Assembly (NCBI RefSeq): GCF_006345805.1
Contig: NC_042998.1
Location: 163,494,001 to 163,558,000, forward strand
Direction of reading: 5' to 3'
DNA length: 64,000 bases
Origin: Octopus sinensis
Lineage: Eukaryota
The position numbers and the translations under genes were made by a program. The notes beneath the pieces are model-generated. The model was given only the letters and a program-made list of their open reading frames with translations, made no database searches and was not told where the DNA came from. Of this stretch, positions 51,427 to 64,000 are shown in pieces; positions within the stretch are counted from its first letter, which is position 1; every line of letters begins with the position of its first letter.

Positions 51427-51640
51427 TCTGTGTTTGTCCCCACCACCCACCGCTTGATAACCAGTGCTTGTGTGTTTACATCCTCGTAACGTTACAGTTC
51501 TGCAAAAGAGACAGATAAAATAAGTACTAGGCTTACAAAGAATAAGTCCTAGGGTTGATTTCTTTGACTAGAACTCTGTAAGGTGGTGTTCCAGCATGGC
51601 TGTAGTCAAACGACTGAAACAAGTAAAAGAATAAAAGAAA
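50920..51640 (+). mobile_element. SINE family A split by an RTE-tail fragment and a 157-bp palindrome
   Basis: Head gggttcagtcccactgtgtggcacc at about 50933 and 3' half from about 51370 to gaaacaagtaaaagaataaaag. Confidence 0.8.
51164..51320. repeat. 157-bp near-perfect palindrome (foldback MITE-like)
   Basis: The outer 31 bp are a perfect inverted repeat (atcgtgaagtatatttgccacctaaatgtgg); the inner 45 bp have about 9 mismatches; 5-nt loop gacat. Confidence 0.92.
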
Positions 51641-51718
51641 CAATAGTATTTTTATCCAAAAGTTTACTCACCAACACAATAAACCAATCTGTTTTAAATC
51701 AATACCAAAATAGTGAGG

Positions 51719-52313
51719 TTAACCCTTCAGCATTCAGATTACTTTGTCAATGTAATGCTTATTCATCCACATTGTTTTCAATTAATCATGTATTATTTTG
51801 TAGCCTTGAGATTTCGATGATATGACTACTCTTACTCTTTTACTTGTTTCAGTCATTTGACTGTGGCCATGCTGGAGCACCACCTTTAGTCGAGCAAATC
51901 AACCCCAGGACTTATTCTTTGTAAACCTAGCACTTTTATCTATCGGTCTCTTTTGCCGAACTAAGTTACGGGGATGTAAACACACCAGCATCAGTTGTCA
52001 AGCAATGTTGGGGGAAAACACAGGCACACAAACACACACACACATATATATATATATACATATACGATGGGCTTCTTTCAGTTTCTGTCTACCAAATTCA
52101 CTCGCAAGGCTTTGGTCGACCTGAGGCTATAGTAGAAGACACATGCCCAAGGTGCCACGCAGTGGGACTGAACCCGGAACCATGTGGTTCGTGAGCAAGC
52201 TACTTACCACACAGCCACTTCTTTTTAAAATGTCATTGTAAGGTAGATGTGAGAGGCCAGATATGACTAGTCTGAACATAAAACATGTAAAATATTTGGG
52301 CAGATATGGTCAG
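51719..52313. mobile_element. piggyBac-like MITE interrupted by a family A SINE (51826-52220, minus)
   Basis: ttaacccttcagcattcagattac start; the MITE body resumes at tttaaaatgtcattgtaaggtagatgtgagaggcc after the SINE. Confidence 0.7.
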
Positions 52314-52583
52314 TTGCAGCATCACTTTCAAGGGTTTTAGTTGATTATTTTGAACCCAGTACATTACCTAGTATTTACTCTATTGAATGTGTGTGGGATG
52401 AATAGCTAAATCTACCTTGGCTTAAAGTGATGTAACTTGGACTAATTACTACAAGGTGATTGTATTTGATGTTCTGATTTTCGTTTGATCATCCCTCATT
52501 AGTAAATCAAATAAAAGAGTATTTATTCATATTCTTAGTGTTTTAGTGATTTTGTTCACTCTTGAACTTTGCATCTCTTTAAG

Positions 52584-52708
52584 GAGGAAGAATTAAATGA
52601 GCTGAGATTCAGTCATAACAGACGTTTGGAAAGGTTCCGAGCACTTAAGGAGAACTATAACAGCTTAAAAGACCAGCTGAGGAATATTGATGACACAAAT
52701 TCAGAATG
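52584..52708 (+). CDS. Internal coding exon, coiled-coil: EEELNELRFSHNRRLERFRALKENYNSLKDQLRNIDDTNSE
   Basis: Acceptor gcatctctttaag/, strong donor TG/gtaagt, open in phase 0 to phase 2, charged heptad-like peptide, non-repetitive with higher GC than the flanks. Confidence 0.8.
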
Positions 52709-55445
52709 GTAAGTAACCCAGCTTCCAACACATCATCATCATTGTTTAATTCTTTAGCATTCAGATTATTCTGTCAAATATGATACTTGTTTCATCATCA
52801 TCATTATATAATGTCTGTTGTCCATGCTGGCGTGGGCTGGACAGTTTGACCAGGGTTGGTAAGCTGAGGAGCTGCACCAGACTCCAGTCTGATTTGGCAT
52901 GGTTTCTATACAGCTGGATGCCCTTCCTAACACCAATTGCTCCACAGAGAGTGACACTAGCATGATTGCCTTTCACATATCACTGACACAGTTGCTTTCA
53001 CATGTCACTGGCATTGTCCACAACTTCACTTAGCTTGACATATCTTCTCAAGCACAGCAAGTCACCAGAAGTCTCTGTCACTTGTCATCTCCTCCATGAG
53101 ACTCAATATCCAAAAATACATTGCACCAACCTGTCCCATGCCTTCCTGGTTCTGGTGGTCTCAGATGGTTTGGTATCAAAAGGATTAATGTAAATACATT
53201 GTGATAGGCAAAATTTATTGAATTATTTGTCTGAAGATAGCATCTTCTATGGATGTACTATGTTTAAATTTCCATCAACACAGATATTTGTGGAGGTGGA
53301 TTTCATCTAAGCATGTTGATAGTGAGTACATGTTATTGATAATGCCCAGTGAAGCAAAAATGCATCTAATGTTCTCATTTACTGCTGCTGGAACAAGTTC
53401 TGTCTCTTGATATACACATGCATAGGGGATACTATCTCCTGATAAACACCTGAGTAAATTTGCCTTTCAATGATGTATTTGTATGATACATAAATGGCTC
53501 TTCTTCTTGTTTTTCTTCTTCTTCTTCTGCTGCTGCTGCTGATGATGATGAGGAGGAGGTGGAGGACAGCTGATAGAATCATTAGCACACTTGGCAACTT
53601 TGTGAAAATTTGTCCATCTTAACGCTTTGAGTTCAAATTTTACCACGATCTGCTTTGCCTTTTGTCTTTTCAGAGTCAATATAACAAATACCAGTTGAGC
53701 TCTAGGATTGATATAATTGACTAGCCCCCTCCCACAAAATTTCTGGCCTTATGCTTATAAAAGAAAAGGTCATCATCATCATCTGGCAAAATCATTCATG
53801 TATGGATGCAGTGCTTTGTTACATTTCTCCCAGCACTTTATAGTTTGAATTCAAAGCCATGTAAAATGCACCCACTCTTTTAAGTGGTTGGCATTAGGAA
53901 GGACATCAAGCTGTAGAAACCATGCCGAAGCCGACATAGAACCTGGCAGAACCCTTTCGCTTGTCTGTTCTCGTCAAACTGTCCAACCCAAGCCAGCATG
54001 GAAAAATGAACAGTAAATGATGATGCTGGTCATGATAATGATTATTATTACTTATTGACCTCATAATCTTGTCAGGATTGACTCTCCATTTAATTTACAC
54101 AGTGTTCATAAAATAGATACCAGTAATATACTGGAGCTTGGCCTAGAAATCTGTATACTTTCTCACAGAATCCAGACTTGTGCCAAGTCAAAAGATGTCA
54201 TTATTATTTCATTATTTTTTATATATTTTTTTATTTTCGTTTTTAGATGTTTTTAAAAAAATTTTTGTTGTTGCTGTTGTTTTTGTTGGTTTCTTTAACC
54301 CTGGGTCAGCCATGACAGCCACACCTTTTACTTATGTACTGGTAACCAAAGACTACATTATCATATGTGTTCTTTTCTAAGACGGCAAGATGTGATTTGA
54401 AGGAGATTCACTTGTAATTTCTAGCATGTTGAGAAAAGCACATAAGGACTCCTTCATTGGCTTGTACATGTTTTCCCTTTTTTTTATTTGATAGGTTTGG
54501 TGTGAGAGAAATGTAAAGTTTTGTGTTCATAAGTTTTAATCAACATTATACTATATCAGATGTGTGTATATGTATGTTTCTATGCACCAATGCGTTTTTT
54601 TGCTTACGACTTCATGTACATATTCATGTATGTGTGTGCTTGCATGTGTGAAAAAGAACATGAAGTTGAGTAAGATAGTGTGAGTGAGTTAAAGGGTAAT
54701 GACGACTCATGATAAGCTGCGATAAACGCGTCTAATTGAAGAAGCAAGTTTTCTGTAACTGTTAGTGCAATCAATACAAAGTTGTCAACAGAGAGGTGCG
54801 AAGGAATCTGACACACTCGTTGTGACTTATCCAAAATCAACACCACACACCCTGGCACCCTTTCTTCCAAGTCAAAAGCACTCCTGTGTTTACTTACTAA
54901 GCTTGGCCTCACTTATTCTAAACACTGCACGCATTTGTGTTTGTGTGTGTATTCGTGTCTGGCTTGGCTTTAAAACTGGCAGTATTGAATATTCTTTGAC
55001 TGATGTTACGTCCTTACTTTTACTTATCACCTTCAGAACCGTGATTCAATAGTCTCATATAATCTTGGAAACGTTACACTTTTGCTCACTGTACATTTCT
55101 ATCTATTCTTTGATGGATTATTTTACAATATACATTTGCAATTTTATATATATATATGTGTGTGTGTGTGTTTGTGTATTTATATATATATATATGTGTG
55201 TATTTATATATATATATATATTTAATTTTTAATTTTGTTTTTTGTATTGCTATTTGCTTTCTTGCCAGCTCCAAAAATGTGATATGTAAGTTCATGTGTT
55301 AAAAAACACCATAATCAATTAGAATAAACATTTCTTTTATTTATGTAATGAACATGCTTGTTTCTTTTGCATATATATATACATACACATATATGTATGT
55401 ATATCTGTGCATATCTATATATATACACATGCATGTACATGTATG

Positions 55446-55477
<32 letters not shown>

Positions 55478-55809
55478 CATGTGTGTGTCTGTACACTCAC
55501 AAAACATGCACACATATACATACAGATATATATTTTTATATATATATATGTATAAACTGTCGTTATCTGGACTATGTTTTCCTTTATTTGCATGTAGTGT
55601 ACACTTTTATACACATATCTCAAACTAAGATATGTATAAATACTGAGGGAAAAATGTGGTAGTGTTGTTGTTGTTATTGTTGTTGTTGGTGGTGGTGGTG
55701 GTGGTGGCGACGGTGGTGGTGTTATTGATGCTTATGGTGGAAGGATTTGATAAAAAAGCTTCTATGTTGTACATACAAATACATACGCACATACACATGC
55801 ATACAATCA

Positions 55810-56117
55810 CACCGTGGCACTCCACCAGTTATGACGATGAGTGTTCCAGTTCATACGACCAATCAAACTAATGTGCATGTGGCTGAGTACCCTACAGACA
55901 TGCATGCTCTTAATGTAGTTCCCAAGAAAATTCAGTGTGACACAGAATGTGACAAGAGTGATGCTTTGAAATACAGGTATGACTCATTTTTGCTAGCTGA
56001 GTGGACTGGCATAATGTGAAATAAAACTTGCTCAAGGACACAATGTGTCGCTTAGAATTGAACTCATGACCTCGCAATTGTAAGCCAAATACTCTAACCA
56101 CTAAACCACAAGCCTTC
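55810..56117 (-). mobile_element. tRNA-derived SINE family C (different 3' part from the 45966 copy)
   Basis: Reverse complement gaaggcttgtggtttagtggttagagtatt...gagttcaattc...gtgtccttgagcaag...ccagtccactcagctagcaaaaatgagt. Confidence 0.8.
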
Positions 56118-56126
56118 TGTATATGT

Positions 56127-56510
56127 GCACAGGAGTGGCTGTGTGGTAAGTAGCTTGCTAACCAACCACATGGTTCCGAGTTCAGACCACTACATGGTAC
56201 CTTGGGCAAATGTCTTCTGCTATGGTCTCAGGCCAACCAAAACCTTATGAGTGGATCTGGTTGACGGAAACTGAAAGAAGCCTGTCATATATGTGTATAT
56301 GTATATGTTTGTGTGTCTGTGTTTGTCCCCCCCCACCACCACCATCGCTTGACAACTGATGTTGGTGTGTTTACGTTCCCATAACTTAGCAGTTCAGCAA
56401 AAGAGACCAATAGAATAAGTACTAGGTTTACAAAGTCCTGGGGTTGATTTGTTCTGCTAAAAGTGGTGCTGCAGCATGGCTACAGTCGAATGACTGACAC
56501 AAACAAAGGA
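56127..56510 (+). mobile_element. SINE family A
   Basis: gcacaggagtggctgtgtggtaagtagc head through cagcatggctacagtcgaatgactga. Confidence 0.9.
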
Positions 56511-57067
56511 ATTATATCTGATGTTTGTTTTATATTATGTAATATATAAAACCAATTTAACATTGAATTAAACTTTTTGGCGTCAGAGTGGGCATGCAGC
56601 CATAGAATGCATGTGAAAATAACATGGACAATATTAGTTTCAACACCCATATTTCAAAAGCAGTGTCATAATTTTCCTCATTGGAAAGCTTGTCATTGCT
56701 GCTTTCTCTCTCTCTCCCTATCTCTCTCTCTCTCTCTACACACACACATGTGTGTATGTGTCTGTATATCTATTTGTCTGTCTGTCAGTCCATCCATCCA
56801 TTTATATCTGTCTGTCTATCTATCTATCTATCTATCTATCTATCCATCTTTCTATCTATCTACATGTGTGTGTGTGTATATATATATATATACACACATG
56901 CACACACACACACTATCTCTCTCTCTCTCTTTCACTCACACTTACACATATGCGTGCGCACACACACTTGCAATGTAATATGCATCAGTTTCCTTGTGCA
57001 TATGTAGTATTATAAGTCAGTTGGTGTCCAGATGTGTGAATTCACTCTTTCATGTTTTTGTATGATA

Positions 57068-57593
57068 CTATATATATATATATATATATATAAAACTGTA
57101 GTTGTGTGAGTGTCTGTCCCCTTCGATTTAGATTCCTAACTACTCCTACATTTTGCAGTGCAGTTTAACCAAATTCGGGTATCTTATAGTCGTGATTCAC
57201 ATCGAGCCCGTCTGAGTATTATCGCGCGTCTACGATGAGTCTACGATTTTAAAAATAATTTAACATCATTTTTTATTCCATTTTAATGCATAATTTTTCG
57301 TGTGTCGATGGCGGCGGAGTTGGCGTCCATGGTCACACCTGCACCTGTTTGCTTCTCCCCCTTCTTCCCTCCCTCGTGAAGCTGTGGGGAAGGGAGTGTA
57401 AGGAAATCAACGTCGTAAAGCATTGTCAAGGAGACCAGCGTTCTTTTAGAACAACGACTTCATGGCTTCAAGACACCAAAACAGAAATGGCTAAGAAAGC
57501 CCGAATTGGCATCTATAAGGGAAGTAACTCTCTAAAAATGCTTATATAGTTATTTCCCTTACAAACCCGAGCAACGCCGGGCGATACTGCTAG
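57068..57593 (+). mobile_element. Non-autonomous Helitron
   Basis: 5' (TA)n-rich start followed by aaaactgtagttgtgtgag; 3' hairpin cccgagcaacgccggg, then 8 nt, then CTAG followed by T; no TSD; CpG-rich, so young. Confidence 0.8.
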
Positions 57594-59109
57594 TATATAT
57601 ATATATCTGTCCCATATTCAAACTGCTGACAGAAATCAGCAATCACATGTATGTGTATTTGTGCATGCACACAGAAGTGATATTCATAGGTGACATAGTA
57701 AAGTATAAAGTTACCGATAATTCACAGCTTTTGGAAATTACAGTGATTTCTGTTAAAATAAATAAACAAATATTTAACACGATAGCTAGATATTAAAAAT
57801 GAGAGAACATATTGATGAAAGCAAAGTGAAAGAAGCATAAGTATACACTTTGATGTATTAATCATAAAAATCTAGTTGATATAAAAAGAATACATAGATA
57901 AACGTAAAAAACTCAGTAACACAATTATGAGCAGGTTTAACAAAAGACATAGGAAGATGTATAAACATATGACACTTGAAAACCAAGCATGTCTAGAAGT
58001 TTGATATTTCACGATGTATCTATTTATATAGGCATCTGTTTAACAATATCTTCTGTCTGTCTTTACCTACCCACCTACCTACTCACCCCACCTACCAACC
58101 CACCCACCTACCAACCCACCCACTCTGTCAACAACATTGACTAAGTTGTGTTTTAGTTAAAGTTACTACTTTAAATCTGTTCAGAATTACTTCTCTTCAG
58201 TATTTCCTTTTGATAATGGCTAAAGAGCTAGAAACACTGCATATGGGAGTCCGGCAGTTGTACCATTGGGCAGATATATGGTATTTTACTATGAGAGATA
58301 AATTATGTGTGTGTGTCTTTGTCTGTCAGGTCATCCATTTATCCATTTTCCTCCACCCTAATTGCAGTGAATTTGATTTTAGAAGTTGAATTATGTCACA
58401 AACATATTTTAATTAGCATAAAGGTTGCTCATTCCTAAACACTGCTTGGTGCTGAGATTGCTGAAATTCTTTTGACATGGCAGTGCAACTCAGTCAATGC
58501 TGTTGACCATGTCTTAGTTGAAGCTACTACTTTCAAACTACCCAGAGTTAACTCTCATTGATACTTACCATTGACAATGGGAATTTGACAGTGGGGTAAC
58601 ATTGGGCAGATATAGTGGTTTCACACTTTTCACTATGAGAGAGAATTTTTTTGCCATGGTAACTGCAGTGAATTTTGTCTTTATAAGTTGAAATATGTCA
58701 CAAACATATCTTAACTAACATAAAGCTCACTACTGTGTGTATACGTATGTAGGCATACATACACACACACACACAACATCTTGTAGCAAATTATAGTAAC
58801 TCACCTTGATTCTTGCAAAGGGTCTTTTTTTGCTGTAGCTATCTCTAGACAAGTTAAAACCTGCAGTTGTGTGCACAAAATTATCAAAGTGTAACTGAAG
58901 CCCAGCACAGTCCTACTTCTTTTGTCATACAGGAAGACAACAGGTAATGATTCTCTTCACATGAACTAAAGGTGACAGTATATGTCTATTTAATGGCAGT
59001 GATTGGGATGGAAACAATGATATGGCTATTAGCTCTCATGCGACAGCTCCATGAAAGCAGAGTAATATAATAATATATTATGTTTGTCCATTGCTATCAA
59101 CAATGACCA

Positions 59110-59474
59110 GGATATGACATGGGAGAAGATGGGTCATGGTGCATCTGATTGTGACCAATTAGGCCAATGCATGCTTGGAATGTTCTGCCACAGGTCAGGC
59201 ACTGGTGGTCTGCTGGGAATGAAGGCAAGGGGTTTGCTCTGGACTGGTGCAACTCACATTTTCTTTGTGCCCCTGCAATCCTATTCTGTTCATAGGAGAT
59301 GGTACCTCTGTTGGTGCAGCTACACCAGACAGGGCAGTCCTGTGCTTGCATTTCCTAGGTGTCAGGGTTGATTTGAAAGGACTTCAGTGAGGCTTTGAGT
59401 GTAACTTTGAAGTGCTTTTTTTTCTGCCCACCTTGTGTGATCTTGCCTTCTGCCAGTTCACTATAAAGCAGGTT
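59110..59474 (-). mobile_element. RTE LINE ORF C-terminus with a terminal C2H2-like finger
   Basis: LLYSELAEGK..QGGQKK.FKVTLKASLKSFQINPDT*E..AQD...W...SYEQNRIA.AQRK.E...CLTCGRTFQACIGLIGH...H. Confidence 0.88.
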
Positions 59475-59644
59475 ATGATGAAGCTGGTTATAGGTGAAGA
59501 TTTATGCCAGTTATCACTTGGGAATCCATCAGAAAAGATTATTGATAGTTACTTTCAATAGGACCCTATGAAAGAAGTGCTTAAAGACTCTCCACTCATG
59601 ACCCACCAAGGATTTGTGGGTGGAGCACACTGGACAGTTACCCA

Positions 59645-60100
59645 TGGGTCTAAGGGCCCAATTCTGACCTGTGTATGCTGTGGCTAGCTGACAGTAAATA
59701 AATACTGTAGGGCCCAGTGTATTGATTTGCCTAGGGCTCTCAATCTATGTATACTGTGGCTTGCTGTCAATAAATAAATATTATAATGCTCAGTTCCTGG
59801 TCACCTCATGAGTCTAGGTAGCTCAGTTCTGATCTTTTTATGCTGTGGTTTGCTGTCAGTAAATACTATAATGGTCAGTGTAATTATTTGCGTAGGCACC
59901 TCAAGAGTCTAAGGACCCAATGATGACCTATATATGCTGTGGCTTGCTGTCAATAAATACTATAATAATCTGTAATTATTTGCCCAGGCATCTCAAAGAG
60001 TCTAAGGACACAATGCTGACCTATGTATGCTGTGTCTTACTGTCAATAAGTAAATACTTTATGACCCAGTGTGTTGATTTGCCCAGGGACCTAAAGTGCT
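59645..60100. repeat. Degenerate minisatellite, 5 units of 76-94 bp
   Basis: Anchor t(g/a)ctgtgg/tgctgtgt...ctgtca(a/g)taaata recurs at 59676, 59752, 59841, 59935 and 60028. Confidence 0.85.
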
Positions 60101-61050
60101 GCTATGCCAGTTCTGGATGGAGAAGACATGAAATGAATGGATGGTTATCATTATCCTCTCTACACCTTTGAGATAATTCTTTCTGTCTACGATTATGCAG
60201 AAAAGATCACATATACAGTTTCACTACAGCTAATATATTCCTGACCACAGGAATCTACAGGAGAGATGTTTCGTTCCAACATCTATAGTACTAAGTTGTA
60301 AGAGAAATCTCCTCCTGGAAAGGCACTGTATTGTTGCAGATAGCTTTCCTCATAAGAGAAATTGAACTCAGAACTGCTAACAAATAAACTTTGTTGTATT
60401 GTTGTTTACAGTGAAGAACTCATACTAAACTACCATTTTTATATGTAGCATGAAGTCTTAAGATGATCGTTGAACTTGCTAGAAATTGCTGTCAGATTCT
60501 TACAAGTCACACCCTACCATCTTTTTCTCCTCTAAATATGGAAGACCTAAAAAGATATTATCATTTTACCTACTCTGTCCTGTCCTTGTTTACCAAAATA
60601 TTTATAAAGCTATGTGCACTTGATGCCTTTAATATTAAGCAAATACAAGGACGACTATAGTGATGATGATGATGATGATGATAGAAGTATAAAATATTCA
60701 TAACAACAACAGCAACAGGAGCAGCAGTAGCAACACCATTAAGCATACTGACACCAAAATTGCAATAGAGACACGAAGAAAGAAAATACATATTTATGTA
60801 AGATATCTGCTTTTGATCCTTGGAATTAGACCAACACAGACACACACACATACACGTACACATGCACCGGTATGCTTGTATGAAACGATAATAGATATCA
60901 CTACTAAAGTAATACAAAATTGTGACAGTTACGTATAGCGTACCTTTGTTCACAGCAAAGAATGTGTGTTTGTGCATTTACATTAACATGTGTAAGTGCT
61001 TATGTCTATGTCTGCGTGAGCATGTGTACATTTGTGTCTGAGTGTATATG

Positions 61051-61099
<49 letters not shown>

Positions 61100-61559
61100 A
61101 TGTGTTTGTGTGTTTGAATAGGCAAGATATTCCATCCTTTTATCTATTTATAAAGCAATTGGCCATCTTCAGTTCTCCTTGGTGTAGCAAAAAGCAGTTT
61201 ATATAAAGGGAGTGGAGGATTGGGTTTTGCCTCATAAACTGTCTCCGCTGTGCTTGCATTCTGCTGTTGCCATTTTTGTCATCGTTGTTGTTGTTGTTGC
61301 TTCACAGTGTTGTTGTTGTGTTTTAATGTTGATGAGGAAAGGTGTGCTTATCTTATCTACAGAAATGTTTCCCAAGCTGCTCGCACTGGATGCATTTTCT
61401 GCCATTATATCCCATCTCATTAGGACTACCAAATTTGAAACACTCCAAATACTTGGGGCTCAGTAGGTGTAGGAGGCTGCTGTGTTTGGTGTTGGTTTCT
61501 TTGCAAATCATGTAGATGGCGTTGGGGGAGATACGGTAATTATGGTTTTTATGGATAGA

Positions 61560-61772
61560 AATAGCCATATATATATATATATATATGTGTGTGTGTATAT
61601 ATATAAATAAATATAAATGTATATATGTATATCTTTGTAGGTGTGGGTGCATGTATATATATGTGTGTGTGTGTAATTATATATATAATATATATATAAA
61701 TTAATGTATATGTGTATAGACATATGCATATGTTTGTATGTGTGTAAGTATGTATATATATGTGTGTGTGTT

Positions 61773-61821
<49 letters not shown>

Positions 61822-62150
61822 TCTATGTGTATGTATATATATATAGTGTCTATGTGTATGTATATATATATTGTGTATATGTGTATGTATATATATATGT
61901 ATATATATATTGTATATATGTGTGTATATATATATTGTATATATGTGTGTATATATATATTGTATATATGTGTGTATATATATATATTGTGTATATGTGT
62001 GTGTATATATATATTGTGTATATGTGTGTGTATATATATATGTATCTATATCTGTGTGTATGTATATATATATATATATATATATAAATTTAAATGTGTG
62101 TATATATCTAAGTATATATGTATGTATGTATGTGTGTGTGTATAGCCAAA
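61560..62150. repeat. Compound TA/TG microsatellite
   Basis: Read directly. Confidence 0.95.
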
Positions 62151-62589
62151 GGACTTTTACATATATAAAAAAAAAAGTAGAAGTCATTTATGGCCTGGGC
62201 AATTTGCATAATTTAAACAAACGAGCTAAGAGAAATAACCCCGAGTGGCCAGTAGCATATCTTTGAGCAAGATAGACAAATACAGGTTTATCAAATGCCA
62301 TACAACTTAGAAGAATTCTTGAATCTTGGTACCATTTGGTAATTTTGACAGATCTTCTTGATGTTGAAAATCAGGAATTTACATATTTGATATACCTGTC
62401 TGCATGTGTTCAGCCAAAAAGGAAAAATTTAAAGTATTCTAACAGAATTTTTTTTTTCTTTTCAAGAAATGTTTTAAAACCAAATTTTGTTGAGGAATCA
62501 ATTAAATTTGTAATTATTTAATAACTATTCTCATAATTTTGACTTTGCCATGATTAAGAATATTTATCAAATTTATCCTTTTACTTATT

Positions 62590-63210
62590 ACTTGCTTCAA
62601 TCATAGGACTGCAGTTGTGCTGAGGAACCAGTTTGAAGGATTTTAGTTAAACAAATCAACCCCAGTACTTTCTTGTTTTTAAACCTGATATGTATTCTAT
62701 CTGTCTCTTATGCTAGATTGCTAATGCTGTGAACAAACCAACACCATTTGTCAAGCAGTAGTGAGGGACAAACACAAAGACACACACACACATGCACACA
62801 CATATATGTATATATGTATGTACAAAAGCACCCAGGCCAGTGCCATGTAAAAGCACCTATACTGGTGCCAGTACCACATAAAGGCACCCAGTACACTCTG
62901 GTTGGCATTAGAAAGGGCATCCAGTCATAGAAATCATGCCAAGGCAGACAAATGGAGCCTGGGCTGCTCTCCAGCTGGCTGACTCCTGTTGTCAAACCAA
63001 CCAACCCATGCCAATATGGAGAATGGATGTTGAAAGATGATGATGATGATGATATTTATATACAATGAGATTCTTTCAATTTCCATCTACCAGTTCCATT
63101 CACAAGGCCTTGGTTGGCCCGAGGCTATAGTAGTAAACACTTGCTCAAAGTGCCATGCTGTGAGACTAAACCTGCAACTATGTGGCTGGGAGGGGAACTT
63201 CTTACCACAC
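62590..63210 (-). mobile_element. Old SINE family A with an RTE tail (62821-63052, plus) inserted in its central microsatellite
   Basis: 3' half to ggacaaacacaaagacacac, then aaaagcaccc...ttagaaagggcatccag...gatgatgat, then caatttccatctacc...ccacacagccac. Confidence 0.75.
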
Positions 63211-64000
63211 AGCCACAGCCAAGAAATTTTCAGCATGATTTTCAAAATAGAGAAACTGTCTCAGGATGTTTTTCAAGACAGAAATGTTAAACGTTTCAAA
63301 GATAATACTTCAGAGGAGAACTACCTTGTCTTGTTTCATACCATCTCACCGTACTATATTAAGTTTTGACGTTGCTTGGTACAAAGCTGTCAGTAACATG
63401 TTTCTCTTAGAATGCACTGCAAATGTAATACTTCATAAGTTCAATAAAGGATACAGTGCTACTGAAGCAATGTAAAGTATTCAAGAGCTTTATGGCAGGA
63501 TATATTCTGTATCTGAGAAAACATATATATTTGACACTTCCAAATATTTTTGGGTGGTGACAGCAGTTTCGCATATGTGCTAGTTTGCATCTGATAATGA
63601 TTTAGTGTAAAGCTCATTTAACAAGCATTGTTCCATATACGACAACAAAACTGCTACAATCCATTTCATCCACACATCAAGATTTGCAACTACTCTGTAA
63701 AGTGTCTAATTTCAGAAACTGTGTGCTCGCTAGAATGTCAAGCAATAATCAGAGAGAACATATAAATATTTGCAAGGTTGATGGCTTGTAATAAAACTGG
63801 GTAATCATTGTAATGCTAAGCATTGTAACCAATAGGTATGTGCTAGAAAATCAGTAAAAGCTATTGTCAAAAGCAAGTCTTCACTCTAAGAAATGTTTTT
63901 TCCTTTTTCATTTATTAGTATCTCACTACATAAACCTGGTCATATAAATTTCAGCTATAACAACTATCTAATCACTAATGAGATCTCTAACGAGAGAGCT

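Noticed and set aside
53207-53310. In-frame continuation after the 52708 donor (W-QNLLNYLSEDSIFYG...VDFI*); alternative at 60412-60448
   Set aside because: The first has a poor polypyrimidine tract and the second is very short; neither can be preferred without transcripts.

Overview
AT-rich, microsatellite-dense eukaryotic genomic DNA, about half of it interspersed repeats. The repeat families look like those of octopod cephalopods; this is an inference from recognising the tRNA-derived SINEs and (GAT)n-tailed RTE 3' ends, not from a search. Only two convincing protein-coding exons were found (+ strand, 34709-34933 and 52584-52708). They have compatible phases and probably belong to one uncharacterised coiled-coil gene with very large introns. 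Mobile DNA includes three tRNA-SINE families, several RTE-clade LINE lineages, an R2/HERO-type 3' fragment, hAT and piggyBac-like MITEs, a non-autonomous Helitron, and a FLYWCH-MULE (Phantom-like) Mutator element with two nested insertions. Four observations stand out. (i) Two copies of a composite, SVA-like non-autonomous retroposon: 5' tandem monomers, a VNTR/C-rich middle and a diagnostic RTE 3' tail. (ii) Two different small elements carrying minimal type I hammerhead-ribozyme folds (Penelope/retrozyme-like), both sitting in (TA)n tracts. (iii) A full-length U6 snRNA pseudogene abutting a SINE, enclosed by 95-bp inverted repeats. (iv) Repeated use of the SINE-internal microsatellite as an insertion site. 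Nearly all ORFs in the supplied track are microsatellite or repeat artefacts. All calls were made by eye without database searches, and element boundaries are approximate unless a TSD or TIR is quoted.
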